A DNA stretch of 64,000 bases from Octopus sinensis. Lineage: Eukaryota. The stretch spans positions 137,330,001 to 137,394,000 of the forward strand of contig NC_042998.1 of assembly GCF_006345805.1 (NCBI RefSeq). Reading direction: 5' to 3'. This document shows positions 39,770 to 53,260 of this stretch, piece after piece (the stretch's first letter is position 1; every line of letters begins with the position of its first letter). The notes beneath the pieces were generated by a model that saw only the letters and a list, made by a program, of their open reading frames with translations, ran no database searches and was not told the DNA's origin. A program made the translations under genes and the position numbers.

Positions 39770-40171
39770 TGTGTAGGATGCATCATGCCTGTAGAAAAAG
39801 TGACAAGAATTACTGAGAGAAAGTACACCAGTACAAGGGTGATGGTGGCAGTAGGGCAGACTTCCTAGAAGTAATGGCTGTTGTTTAGTGGTAGTGGTCA
39901 TGATGATGATGATGATGATGATGATCCTCATCTTCATCAGCACTATTAGGATGACTATGATGACGAGGATGATGGTGATGATAAGGATGATGAGGAGGAG
40001 GATGACAATTATGGTCATGATGATGATAATGATGACAATGATTATGATGATGATGAGGATGGTGATGATATAATGATGATGATGATGATGAAGCTGATGA
40101 TGGCGAGGGTAGCAGTGATGATAGTGATGATATGATGTTGATGATAATGATGATGATGAGGAGATGATGAC

Positions 40172-40203
<32 letters not shown>

Positions 40204-40889
40204 ATAACAATAATTGACGTCAATGGCAACAGTATCAACAATGATGAGGAGACTGGTGGTAGTTGCAATGGGCGGAGATTGAGAAGGTATGGGGGAAGAG
40301 GAGGAGTGAGAGAAAGAAAGAGAGATAGAGAGAGATGGAATGAAGAGATGAAGGGAAGACCCACTCAACATTAGAAAAGGTCAGCATAACAAATAAGATC
40401 ATTTTCTTCAGTTGAGAAACACTTGAGAGAGGTCGATAAAGAACTCATTTGATCAAATAAATTATCCTGTCTCCTCCTCCCCTCTCTCTCTCTCTCTGTC
40501 TTAGACCACCTTCACTTAAAACTTGGGATATTTTCTCTTTCTAAAGATCACTAATTTCACATGACCATACTTTATAATGTCAGTGAACAGATGGATCATT
40601 GCCAAAGTGTGGCATTGGAGCTGGAGTGAAAGGTAGAAGAGGTTTAATGGCAGGACTTGATGATGACTTGGTGTTGTCTGAGAGAAAATAGATGGAATAT
40701 TGGCAGGAATTCATTGTTTGATGTTGGTTTAGCTCTTTTACAGCTTGCTAGCTATCACACTTTATAGAAGTGATATTACTATAGAAATAGTAGCAGATGT
40801 TACTATAGTACTGTGGTTTGTTGCTCTTTAGCATTAAAAACTAAGCCATATCCATATGTGTGTGTGTGAATGTGTGTGTGTATACATAT

Positions 40890-42092
40890 ACTGGATCATT
40901 ACTGTATTTTTTGCTAACTCTGTATAATCTTTGCTTCAGAAAATAGTAATAGTAGATCCTCAGCTTACTCATGAAACGAAGAGGCATGTTGTTATTGTGG
41001 TTATAAAGGCTGAACATAGTGAGTTAGAAATATCTCAATTTTTAAAAGTTGCTAGATCTTTCGTCTACAAAGTTTGTAAGGAGCTAGAGACTGAAGATGG
41101 AAATGTATCACCAGTATCAAAGCATAGAAAGCATTCTAAATGCTCTGAAATCATCAGAACACCTGAATTTATCCAGCAAGTTCAACAGACTATAGATTAC
41201 AATCCCAGAAAGTCCATGAGGTCAATTGCAAAAGATCTCCATGTGTCAGAAGGAACAGTCAAAAATGTTGTTTACAAAGACATCAGATACAAGTCTTATA
41301 TGATGAGGAAAGGTGACTTTGTCAGAAAAAGCTAGAGAATCACTACATCAGGTCTAAAAGACTCTTAAACAAACAGAAAAATTCAGCAGAAGATTTGATT
41401 TAGTTTTTCTCAAATGAGAAAAACTTCAACCAAGATCAAAAAGTTAACAAGAAATGACAAATGCTTATGTGCAGACCCTTCTGAATTTCCAAGTGTTATG
41501 CATACAAAATTTCCTACAACTGTCAGGGTTTTAGGGGTTGTCAGCAACGAAGGACATGTGATGCCTCCTTACTTCTTTCCACAAGGCTTTAGAGTTAATT
41601 CTGCCACCTACATTGAGGTCCTGGAAATAATTGTTAAGTTCTGGATAGACAATGTATGCAATGGAAGGCCATATGTGCTTCAGTAAGACTCTGCACTATC
41701 ACACATGGCTCTGGTAAAACAGAAATGGGTGGCGGAAAATTTTCATGATCACACAACCCCTAACATTTGGCCTCCTAATTCCCCATATCTCAATCCATTG
41801 GAGCATTGTTGAGAGAGAGGTCAATGAACACGTTCATAACATCAAAGATTTTTTGAAAGCTGCCATAGTCAAAATGAACCAGGACCACTTGATTCGAACA
41901 TGTAGATGATTTAGATTTCGTATAGAAGCAGTTGTTGAAGCTGAAGGTGGTTTTAACAAATAACATTATAGAAAAGAAAGTTTATTTTTATCCTCATAGC
42001 AATTTCTTTGATAAATAAAGTTATTATCTTTTGTTATATATCTGTTTTTTTATAAACATAAATCTGTCCTCAGATATCTTACACACCATGTG
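40890..42092 (+). mobile_element. Tc1/mariner DD37D (maT-like) transposon, decayed
   Basis: RTPEFIQQVQQTIDYNPRKSMRSIAKDLHVSEGTV, FSNEKNF, VLGVVSNEGHVMPPYFFPQG, Q*DSALSH, WPPNSPYLNPL. Confidence 0.85.
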
Positions 42093-42170
42093 TACATATA
42101 TGCATACATACATAGATACATACATACATACATATGTATATAATATATATATACTCTTTTACTCTGTATG

Positions 42171-42228
<58 letters not shown>

Positions 42229-42258
42229 TATATGTGTATACATATATATTATGTATAT

Positions 42259-42322
<64 letters not shown>

Positions 42323-43226
42323 AACTAAAGTTATTGAACAAACAAATGCAAGGTCATCCGCATATCATTTCATAATTCAAACATATATATATATACATAT
42401 ACATATATATTTATATATATATATATATATAAAAAAATCAAACGAAGAAGTCATCAAACTAATAGACGACATCAATACTGAAACATTACCAGCACTATGG
42501 AATGAAGAATGTGAAAAAGAGGAACTTAAGTCCCTTCAACGATGGGAAAAGAACGCCATCTGGTTTCTAGATTATGAAACCAACTTCAAAAATGAACACA
42601 TATCCAACAACCCCTTCATAAAATTAAGTAAATCAAAACCAAATACCAACAGAAACGGAACAACCACCAAGAAATCCTACCACACTCTACACCAGAAAAG
42701 TACACCTAAAACACACCCCACACTACCTACACCAACCCCAAAACACCTACAGAGGCCCACCACACCAGTTCGAAAATAGACATACCAACAGAGCAGAACA
42801 ACCACCAAGAAATCCAAACACACTCTACACCAGAAAAATGCATTTAAAACGCACCCCACACTACCTACACCAACCCCAAAACACTTATAGGGTCCCACCA
42901 CACCATTCCACGAACCTAAGAGCCACAACATACAATACTATAAAATACAACCCACATAACCAAACCAAAACGCTACTACCAAACATCCACCCCAGGAACC
43001 AACCATACAACCATAACAAACAACAAATGCACTACGGAGGAAACAACTACCAACACAATATACCTGATGAACTAAGATGGAACACTAGGTTCAACAACAG
43101 ACTCCAGAACAGAGCACCACAAACTCACTCTGACAATTATAACAACATGAGACAGATAAATAATAGCTTTGAACATAACTACACCAACCATTTTTTAGAC
43201 CTTACACACAGGAACAGGGACACACG

Positions 43227-45523
43227 ATGGCAAAAGACAAACAAAAGAAACCTCAGGTAATTAAGATAATCAATCTCTCAAACAAAGAACTTACACCTAA
43301 CGAAATAAGCATACTCTCCAAAGGACTTAAATTTACACCCACCCCACAACGTTCTAATTACTATGAAATGAAAGATGATATTTCGGAATTTTGCAGAAAA
43401 CTAAGACTCACCGAGGCATTTCAAGACAAACAAATAGAGGAGGACTCAATAGCTAGAAACAAGAGCAATTACACCCCCACCAAGGGAAAGAATAAAGCCT
43501 TAGACCGCTATTGTGACTACATAACTAATTTCCCGTTTCAATTCATCAAGAAACAAAAACACAGCCCTAACTTCAACAAAAGAGAATGGAACAACCTCAT
43601 CAAACTAAGAGAAGACAAAACAATAACAATTAAGGAGGCAGATAAGGGCAACGCGATAGTAATAATGAATACAAACGATTATAAAAATTTAGTGCTATCC
43701 CTATTAAGAGATGAAACGTATTATGAAAGGGCCCAACAGTATAACCAGCAAAAAATAATGCATAACCTTAGGACATTAATCAACACATACCAAGAAGGAC
43801 TCACGAACAAGGAGTATGAATACATCACTAACTTCAAATGCAAATCGAGTTTGTTCTATGGTATCCCTAAGGTACACAAAAGCCAAACCATTAGAGAAAC
43901 GTGCAAAACATCCACCGACACACTCATCAAAATCCCTTCACCAAATGATCTTAAACTAAGACCGATAATAGCAGGGCCAGCATGTGACACTCACCGCCTC
44001 AGCAATTTCTTAGACACACTTCTTAAACCTTTCCTAAAACACATCAAAAGCTACGTAAGAGACGATATAGATATGCTCAACCACCTCCCTAAAACAGTCA
44101 ATGAGAAAACCCTTCTAGTATCATTCGACGTAGTTAATCTTTATTCTAACATCCCTCACAACCTAGGAATAGAAGCGATCACCTTCTGGCTGAATAACTA
44201 CCCCTTTGAACTCCCAACACGCATAAACAAAGACCTTATAATAGAAGGACTTAGATTCATTTTAGAGAACAATTATTTTATTTTTGACAATGATTTCTAC
44301 AGGCAAAGATCGGGAACAGCGATGGGCACGCGTACTGCACCATCTTTTGCCAACCTAGTGATGGGATACCTCGAGAAAATACTATACCGGATAACACTCG
44401 AGAAATATGGAAACACCTTCGCCACCTATATCCATAACAACTGGAAAAGATACCTCGATGACTGTTTCATCATCTGGGACAAAGGTATAGAGAAACTTGA
44501 GGAATTTAAAATACTATTAAATGGAATAAATGACAATATACAATTCACGATGGACCACAACGAAAAAGAATTACCATTTTTAGACATCCTCATTAAGAAA
44601 ACCGGCAACAAAATAGAGACAGATATCTACTATAAACCGACAGACTCTAAACAGTACCTACCCTTTGATTCATGCCACCCACGACACACTAGAATGAATG
44701 TCCCTTTTTGTTTAGCTAGAAGGATTTGCACCATAATATCAGACACAAACACCCAACACACACGTCTCCAGGAACTTAGAACCACACTCACAAATAGAAA
44801 CTATCCACAGCCCCTAATAGACAGTGCAATCCAACGGGTACTTAAATTAAGTATAGAAGACCTGAGACAAACAAAACCAAAAAAGAAAGAACAATTAAAA
44901 ACCCTTCCCTACATCTCTACACACAACCCACTCAACAATGAGGCCTTCAACACCATACTACAAAGCACAGCCCTACTAAAGGGAGACCCAAAGATGAACC
45001 GGATCCTCGAAACACACACCATCATTAAAAGTAAACGGCAACCAAAATCCTTGAAAAGGATTTTAACCCAAGCTACACTGCACTCAACATCAACCACAAA
45101 ACCAGCAGTTAGAAAATGTGGAAGGCCCAACTGTGGAATCTGTGTCATCTTGAAAGAAGGATCAGAATTTATACTGGAACAAGGCCACCAGTTCACCATT
45201 AGAACAAACTTCACCTGCGCATCAGAAAACTTAATTTACGTCATAACATGCGCAGGCTGCAATAGGCAGTATATAGGCCATACAAAAATAGCTTACGTAA
45301 CAGGATGGCGGTGCATAAATCACAAATTAGAAACCCTGATTACCGCAAAATACCGGTCAGCGGACACATAGATAGATGTGCTGGAAATGTAAATCCGAAA
45401 TTTACAACTAACCCGCTCTATAAATTCAGTGACAACGCAACCTTCACACAACGCCAAAATAAAGAACTATATTTCATAAAAAAATTTAGACCAAGTTTAA
45501 ACACCCTGGGCCAGGAATACTAA
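43227..45523 (+). CDS. Penelope-like RT + GIY-YIG endonuclease; single frameshift at 45284-45288
   Basis: IINLS..SKGLKFTP, KEADKGNAIVI, FYGIPKVHK, LRPIIAG, SFDVVNLYSNIP, GTAMGT, WKRYLDDCF, LPFLD, CGRPNCGIC linker, LIYVITCAGCNRQYIG. Continues as NSLRNRMAVHKSQI..ELYFIKKFRPSLN after restoring one A. Confidence 0.92.
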
Positions 45524-45690
45524 AACAAAAGATAAGTCCTCCGGAAAGGAGAAGCAAAATTCCACCACGGCCGCTACCTTAAACAGACACTCGCTCTGAC
45601 GGAAATATGCCTTAGTAAAAAAGGAAAAAAATTCTTTCGTGCAAATCTGACCCTGATACATACGATACAGCTAAGGGTCAGACCCGATTC

Positions 45691-46140
45691 TGATTGGTCA
45701 ACAAGTTGATGACGTCTAGCTCTGCTAGAATGGACAGGATACAAACAGGGGACAGTCATTAGTCAGAATATTGATGACGTCCTTTTCTGCTTGACTAGTC
45801 ACCTAACAAGTACAGACAGGGGGCAGATCTAATGTAGCTATAAGTCGTGATTGGGCAGAATCTGGATGATGTCCCGTTCTGCTTGACTAACGAAGCGACT
45901 GTTCAAAACAGGAAACAAACAAGAGGCAGTTATAATACAGCGATTGGTCAAAATGATGATGACGTCCCGTTCTGCTTGACTAAAGCCACCTAACGAAACG
46001 ATTGGTCAAAACGTTGATGACGTCACGCTACGCTGGATTGACCACCTAACAGGCATTATAAAACCGAGCACTTCACAAAACTCACTAGAACCACCCAGCA
46101 AACACCCACCATGGGTCATCACAATTGCTTAAGGTAAAAA
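45691..46140 (+). promoter_or_regulatory. Pol II promoter of the Penelope pLTR: 5x (inverted CCAAT + CRE), TATA, Inr, Kozak ATG, splice donor
   Basis: ATTGG/ATTAG at 45693, 45758, 45850, 45943, 46001, each 17 nt before TGAC/TGTC (perfect TGACGTCA at 46018). TATAAAA 46057-46063; TCACT 46082-46086; CCACCATGG with ATG at 46111; AG|GTAAAA at 46134. Confidence 0.65.
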
Positions 46141-46752
46141 TGAATTCCTCGCTCTTTCGGAAACATCAATCTTCTGTATTGACTGCTTTCCACCACTTTG
46201 ATCTGTTTTTTGTATTGAATACGTATCGCCACCGTGGGCCACTGCATCGAACACTTTGAACATATAGCATGAATGAACTTACTTCAAACTATATATCAAC
46301 TATACATGAACTCTAAGATGTCTGACTCCATTGTGTATTATAAATGAATTTCTTGTGTTTGACGGCATGAGCTGTCTTTTTTTATATATAACTTTTTTTT
46401 GATAAGGTTTATTTCAGGAACTGAAACATGTTATAATGTATAAATAAAAATTAAAAATTGTATAATATAGCAGCATTTTCGAACTTCATTTTTTACAAAT
46501 ATATATATATATATATATATAGTTAATCCAAACATGAAAACACAAAGAGAAAACACAACAACGCAAGGATGTGGAACAAATATAGTATTATTGAATGCTC
46601 AGGAAGGAAGTGAAGAAGGAGGGCTTTACATTTTGAGTGGAGCTCTTCGTCAGAAACACAGGAAAAGGAAAGATCCAGAGAAGGGAAGACAGAGGACATA
46701 CACATATATATATATACATATGATAATGTGTCTGTATATATATATATATATA

Positions 46753-46921
46753 TAAGCAATAAGGGTTTAGCAACGAGTTGCCTTACCACATACCAAATTT
46801 AGAAATAGCAGTCAAAGGGTTATAGCTATTTCTTCTACTAAGAAATAGCTATAACCCTTTGACTGCTATTTCTAAATTCGGTATGTGGTAAGGCAACTCG
46901 TTGCTAAACCCTTATTGCTTA
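46753..46921. repeat. 169-bp palindrome (82-bp arms, 5-nt loop, one mismatch)
   Basis: taagcaataaggg...gctatttctt-ctact-aagaaatagc...cccttattgctta. Confidence 0.92.
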
Positions 46922-47021
46922 GTATTACTTAAATTTTCCTCGAATGAGGCTTTTACATGCCGAAGACTACTTGGTGTAATTGATAATTTTTCCAAATTAA
47001 TTAATTTCACCCTTCATTATT

Positions 47022-47071
<50 letters not shown>

Positions 47072-49790
47072 CTATGTATGCATGCATGTATGTATGTATG
47101 TATGTATGTATGTATGTATGTATGTATGTATGTATGTATGTATGTATGTTTATATGTGTGTATATAAATGCACATCAGTATATCTATGTTTCTTTATATT
47201 TGATGCATTAAAAAAATCATCTTTTTTTTTTTGTAATTAAATATTATTAGGAATTGTGCAAAAAAAATTTGTTTAATATTTTGTGTATTATAGAAGTATA
47301 AGCAACTTATTGTACATAAATTTTAACAATAAAATTTTATATGGAACCCCAAGGGCCATATGAATCCTGGTTGAGAACCACTGATCTAATCCATGCCAGA
47401 TTGAGAAAAAAAATTGGATGTAAAATCGAATGAAAGAACAACCAAATGAACATGAATTACACAACAGAAACAGCCATCTTGATTAAAACTATGGATACAT
47501 TAAGGAACCTTTACATGGTCATATTTTTTTTCTTGAGCCATCAGACTCATAAGACTAGTTACCTGGTTTCTATGGTATTTAAATGACCAAGATCACAATA
47601 TTCCCTTGATGGGGTTGCTGTTCTATTGCAGGGTTCAAAGCTAGCAATTTTAGGAAGCAGGGTCAAGTTAAATACATTGACCCCAGTACCTCACTGGTAC
47701 TTTATTTTATTGACCCTGAAGGGATGAAAAGCAAAGTTGATTGAGGTAAAAAAAAATGGGCCAGTTTCCAAGTTTCCATGGCATATAAAAATTTCCATAG
47801 CATATAAATTCCCTACCCGGATGGGAGACCGGTCCATTGCAGAATTACTTTTTTTGCCAGCTGAGAAGATTGGAACAAAGTGAAATGAAGTGTTTTGCTC
47901 AAGAACACAATGTGTCACCTGGTCCAGGAATCGAAACCACAATCTTACAATCATGATGCAGACACCCTAATCACTAAGCCACACATCTCCACAAAGTTGA
48001 CTAAGGTGAGATTTGAACTTAGATCATAAAGAGTCAGACAAAATGCTGCCTACTTGCCACCTTACATGGTCATTTAATCTGATAGAATAGTAACAATCAA
48101 CCATCAAATGAGACCCTAACATTTAAAAAAGGAAAATTATTTAATATGATTCCAGGTTCAGTCCCACTGCATGACACCTTGGGCAAGTGTCTTCTACTAA
48201 AGCCTCAGGCCAACCAAAGCCTTGTGAGTGCATTTGGTAGGTAGAAACTGAAAGCAGCTAGTCATATATATATAAGTGTGAGTGTGTGTGTGTTTGCACA
48301 CGTGTGTACGTGTGGGCGAGCATGTGTGTACGCATGTATGTGTGAGTGTGTGTTTACGTGTGTGTGTGTGTGTGTGCAGATCCCCATCACAGCTTGACAA
48401 TTGACAACTGGTGTTGGTGTGTTTACATCCCCGTAACTAAGCAGTTCAGCAAAGAGGCCAATACAATAAGTATGAGATTTAAGAGAAAATAAGTATTGCG
48501 ATCGATTCATTCAACAAAACTTCTCCAAAGTGGTACTCCAGCATGGCCATAGTCTAATGATTGAAACCAGTAAAAGATTAAAAGGTTAATAGCTCTAGTT
48601 AAACTGACTGAATTAAAGGTTGGAGGATCAGGCTGAAATGCTTTTGATCAAAGGTTTACTTATTTGGAGCTTACCTAGGGTTGAACAACCACAATGACAA
48701 CAACAACAACAGTGACAGCAACAACAGAAATAAAACTCATCATCAAGAAATTAAAGAAGGAAATAAGGGAAATGAACTAAAGAAAAGTATAAAAATTAGC
48801 AAACATTTTCATTTGTATCCAACAAAAAACAAAACAAACAATAAAACACTAAACAAAGTAATTAGTAACTAGTAATTAGCAAATAAGCCACAAAATACAC
48901 AAATAATCATTATACAAAGTAATTAGCAATATATGAAAAACACTGTAACCTCTTATTACACAAATCAATAATAAGGAATCAATGAGGGGGAACTGCTATG
49001 ACCTAGAAATGATAACAAAATCTTCCTCAAATAACATTTTATTCATTTCATTCATTCATTCACTTTTTTCAAGACTATTTTTCCATGCAACATGGATTCA
49101 AAAGAAACATATTGTTAATACCTCCTATATTCTTCCTTCTATTCATTAATGTTTTTGATGCCAACCTGCCTGAGACTGCCTCTGGTTCTATGACACAAAC
49201 TTCCTGTTTTCAAGTAATCAACATTAAAGTTTTCCAACAAAAGTTCATGTTAATTTGGGTTCCAAACACCAAGTTAACAACAGTTTCAAATTTTGGCACA
49301 AGGCCAGCAATTTTAGGGTAGGTGCTAAGTCAGTTACATCAACTCCAGTGGAGTATTTATTTTATCAAACCCCAAAAGGATGAAAGGCAAAGTCAAATTC
49401 AGTAGGATTTAGACAGAATATAACTAGTCAGAACACCAGGTTAATAATGACAAGGTTATTTTACTGCATCAATCATTATTTTGAAAATTAATTGAAACTG
49501 AAATATGGTATTTTAATTATATACATATAAAGGTGGAGGCGCATGGCTTAGTGGTTAGGGTGTCAGCATCATGATCATAAGATCATGGTTTCAATTCCTG
49601 GACCGGGCGACGCGTTGTGTTCTTGAGCAAAACACTTCATTTCACGTTGCTCCAGTCCACTCAGCTGGCAAAAATGAGTAACGCTGCAATGGACTGGCAT
49701 CCTGTCCAGCTGGGGAACACATACACCATTGAAACCAGGAAACCGGGCCCATGAGCCTGGTTAGGCTTTAAAAGGGCACATTTATTTATT

Positions 49791-50317
49791 TATATACATA
49801 TAAAGATGAGAATGTGTGTCTGTCTGTGTGTGTGTCTCTGTCTGTGTGAATCCCTAAAACTCAAGAACTACACAACCAATTTCTTTCAAATTTTACACAT
49901 GCCATACTTAGGGTCCATGCAGTGTCAAGGGCCAAAAAAACTTTCAGCTTAATGCAAGCCCAGAGCAATCTCTTATTTCTTACACTATTTCAGTATTATG
50001 TCTCTATTGTAATGTGAGATAATGCATTCAGTTTGAAAGAAGTCTCTCCTATACATATATTCCTTATGCATTCCAAAACCGAGTTACTGATTTTGACATA
50101 TGGGGTATCAAAAGATTCAGTACTATTTCGGCTACAAATTAAACTTAATTTTCATTCACATACTTGCATTTCAAAAATTTAACATTATAATCTTTTCCAT
50201 AAATCAACCATTGTAAACACTTTATACGACAACGACGATGATGTCACATTTTGTGTATGTGTGCATATCTTCAAAGACATCAATCATCACAGCACACACC
50301 TTCACTGACTCACTCTA

Positions 50318-50361
<44 letters not shown>

Positions 50362-52816
50362 GCAAGCACACACACGTCCATTTCATATGGCAACAGAAAA
50401 CAAGTTTCTATAGAAGATGAAATACAGGGATAGCGGGTGACAGCGAAATGCTGATGTTTCATACCTTATGTATGTTCTAAAAGTGAGAGAGAGAGAGAGA
50501 GTTTATGTGTGTGTGTGTGTGTGTATGTGTGTGTGTGTGCATGCATGTGTGCATGCATGTGTACACACGTATGTTCTTTATGCATTTGAAAATTGGGTTG
50601 CCCATTTTCACATATGGGGTATCAAAATATTCAGTAATTTTTTGGCCACCAAATAAACTATATTTTCATTTACATATATTTTACATTATCTCAACAAGCA
50701 GCTATAGTTATTTGAAAGACACTGCTCTACAAAGACCAGGTTTCATTAGAAAGTGAAAATAGTTTCACAATTTCAATTTCAACCAAAATTACAAAGTGCT
50801 GCATTATGAGAGTGACGATGTTTCAGTAATGAAAGTAATGTTTCACCAAATTAGCCACATTTGTACTATAATAAAGAAAGCTGCTTATCATCTATAATGT
50901 GATAAGGCTAATATTGTTTCGCTTTCATTCTTTCACATTTAATTTTAATGTGATAACATTAAGATCATCTTATTTCTATTATATTTGAAATAAATGAATA
51001 ATTTACATCCTAATGTGAACAACATTATGCATTGGCAACTTTCCATCTTTATGGCCACCACTGCAGAATGGTGTGTCAATGTATGTGTTGACTGACATAA
51101 CGAACAGCTGGAAGCAAAACCTTTGACAAAAAGCAATGAGGTGGCTGATCCAAGGTATATAAAAATACACATTTACCATTCACATTTACCAGTTAATCAT
51201 TATCACAACAGGTTGCAAAGTATTTACAGTCACATATTTACCCTTAAATTAGCATTTAATACATGTGCTTCATATATATATATATATATTATATTAAATT
51301 AGAGATAAAACCACTATTAGGCAAATCAAACAGTGAAAATCATAAGCCAATACATAGAAATAAAATTAATTAAAAAATATATAAAAAATATAGAATATAA
51401 AAATCCAATTAAAATATTTCAATTAAAGTTAAAATTTTTTTAAATTATTTAAATTAATAATTTAAACTTATAAATTATAAATATACATATATTTTTATTA
51501 TTATTTTATTTAATTATTTATTTTTTATTTTTATCTATATTTTTTATTTTATATATATAAATATATTAAGAAATTTATCTATAATAATTATTGTGGCAAT
51601 TATCGTTAAATTAGCAGTTCATACATGTGCTTCTCTTTGGTTAATTTACATTGCATACAAAAATGAAAACATACTACATACATACAACTGCTTAAAAAAA
51701 TAGAGATTAATGTATAATTTTTTTCTATGTTCATGATTCTTTGTTTACAAGATTGAAAAAATATGCCACCAAAGAAAGGACGTAATCTCTCCAGAAACAA
51801 GTATAAAGCAAGGGGGATTGTAGAAAACCAAAGGCAAGAGTCTGAAGAGAGAATTGAGATGAGATTTTCTCAAGATCAACAAAGGCAAGCTACAGCACGT
51901 CAGACAGAGTCTCAGGAGAGAAGGGAGATGACACTTTCCCAAGATCAGCAAATGCATGCTGCAGCACTTAATGCTGGATCGTTAAATCAATGTTTTAATG
52001 ATTAGACAGCAGTCTAGTAGAAGAGCTCTCAGAAACAGACTATGTACATATTCATTCTTCACAACTCCTGGAGCTGCTTTCAGATATGATCCATCCCATT
52101 ATTATAAAAATGATAACTCTGTCCAAATTGGTATGCTGAACACAAATTGTCGTTTCTGTAGAGCTTTAAAATTTTCAAATGAAACAAATGGCATGTGCTG
52201 CTCAGGTGGTCAAGTAAGATTTCCAGCACTACCATCTCCTCCTCAACCTTTTATCGATCTTCTACAAGGCACTCCCATCGAGTCAAAGGATTTCCTGAAC
52301 AATATCAGACAATACAACTCTGCATTTCAAATGACGTCATTCACTGCGTCTAGGAAGATAGTTAAACCTGAATTTACACCGACTTCAGAGTTCAAGGGCA
52401 AGTCTATCACTTCATTGGTTCCCTGTCAACCACAAATGAACAACCACAGTTCCTCCAAATTTACTTTATGAGTGACATAGAACAACAAACCCGAAGGAGG
52501 TGTCAAAACTTCAGACAATGGACCGTGTTAGACGCAGCGCTGACAGCCGCAAAGGAGAGTATATCCTCTGACAGCTTTGCGGTTTGTTCAAAAATCACAT
52601 AACACCCATTCCCAATTTTTCATCACAGGTTAGGGCCTGGAATACTCCAAACAGATCCATAGCATGTTGCTTAATCGAATTAGCCCATCATTAACTCCAC
52701 AAATGTTTTGTTGTCAATGCTGCACTTTCCCATATCACCTATTTCAACATAACTGTAATATGATATATACAAACTATGTCAATTTAATCTCAAGCAACGC
52801 CATGTATCTCTGCTCA
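49791..52816 (+). mobile_element. Internally deleted autonomous-type Helitron
   Basis: Helitron-type 5' end (tatataaagatgagaatgtgtgtctgtctgtg..aaccaatttctttcaaatttt), a RepHel fragment, and a degenerate 3' end caagcaacgccatgtatctctgctcat resembling the termini of 565-1583. Boundaries uncertain. Confidence 0.6.
51763..52520 (+). pseudogene. Helitron RepHel N-terminal fragment
   Basis: AFRYDP..VQIGMLNTNCRFCRALKFSNETNGMCCSGGQV..FLNNIRQYNSAFQMTSF, then after a frameshift FRVQGQVYHFIGSL..PQFLQIYF. Confidence 0.85.
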
Positions 52817-53260
52817 TCATTAATAAATAAACGAATTGTTAATAAATAAAATCAGTGAATTCTAATTCATAGCTTGCAGTACTAGCTGCTATTATGCTTG
52901 CAAATCAAAGGAAGAAAAATCCAGAGTAATTCACTTGATAAAATACAAAATATAAACACGTGGTGCAAATAGGAAATTTTGGACAGGAAGTTTTTTCTAA
53001 GTGAAGTTAAACTTTGTTTCTCACACAGGAGAGTGCACAGTCCCAATTTCGATCCCAAGGAACAATACTTGTTTGAATTGTTGAAGAGTTTAGTTGAATG
53101 AACCAGTCCAAGTAGTCATTAAGTCTAGTACATATCAAGTTAAGTTATGGGGATGTAAACAATCCTACACTGGTGTACCCCACCACTTTGACATCCAATG
53201 CTGGTTTGATTGCATCCCTGTAATTTAACTGTGCATGTACACTCACACACACACACATAT

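Larger units (their letters stand above)
42321..46500 (+). mobile_element. 5'-truncated Penelope-like retroelement with an upstream ORF1-like region and a 3' pseudo-LTR
   Basis: ORF1-like frames 42430-43260 overlap the RT-EN ORF; long 3' noncoding region with promoter motifs; flanked by TA arrays. Confidence 0.9.

Noticed and set aside
39617-40371. Poly-His/Ile/Ser/Met ORFs
   Set aside because: (GAT)n low-complexity tract.
46600-46660. Hammerhead-like CTGACGA-agag..ctc-AAAATG (minus); similar relic at 46935-46970 (plus)
   Set aside because: Core GAAAC and/or CUGANGA mutated; not expected to be functional.
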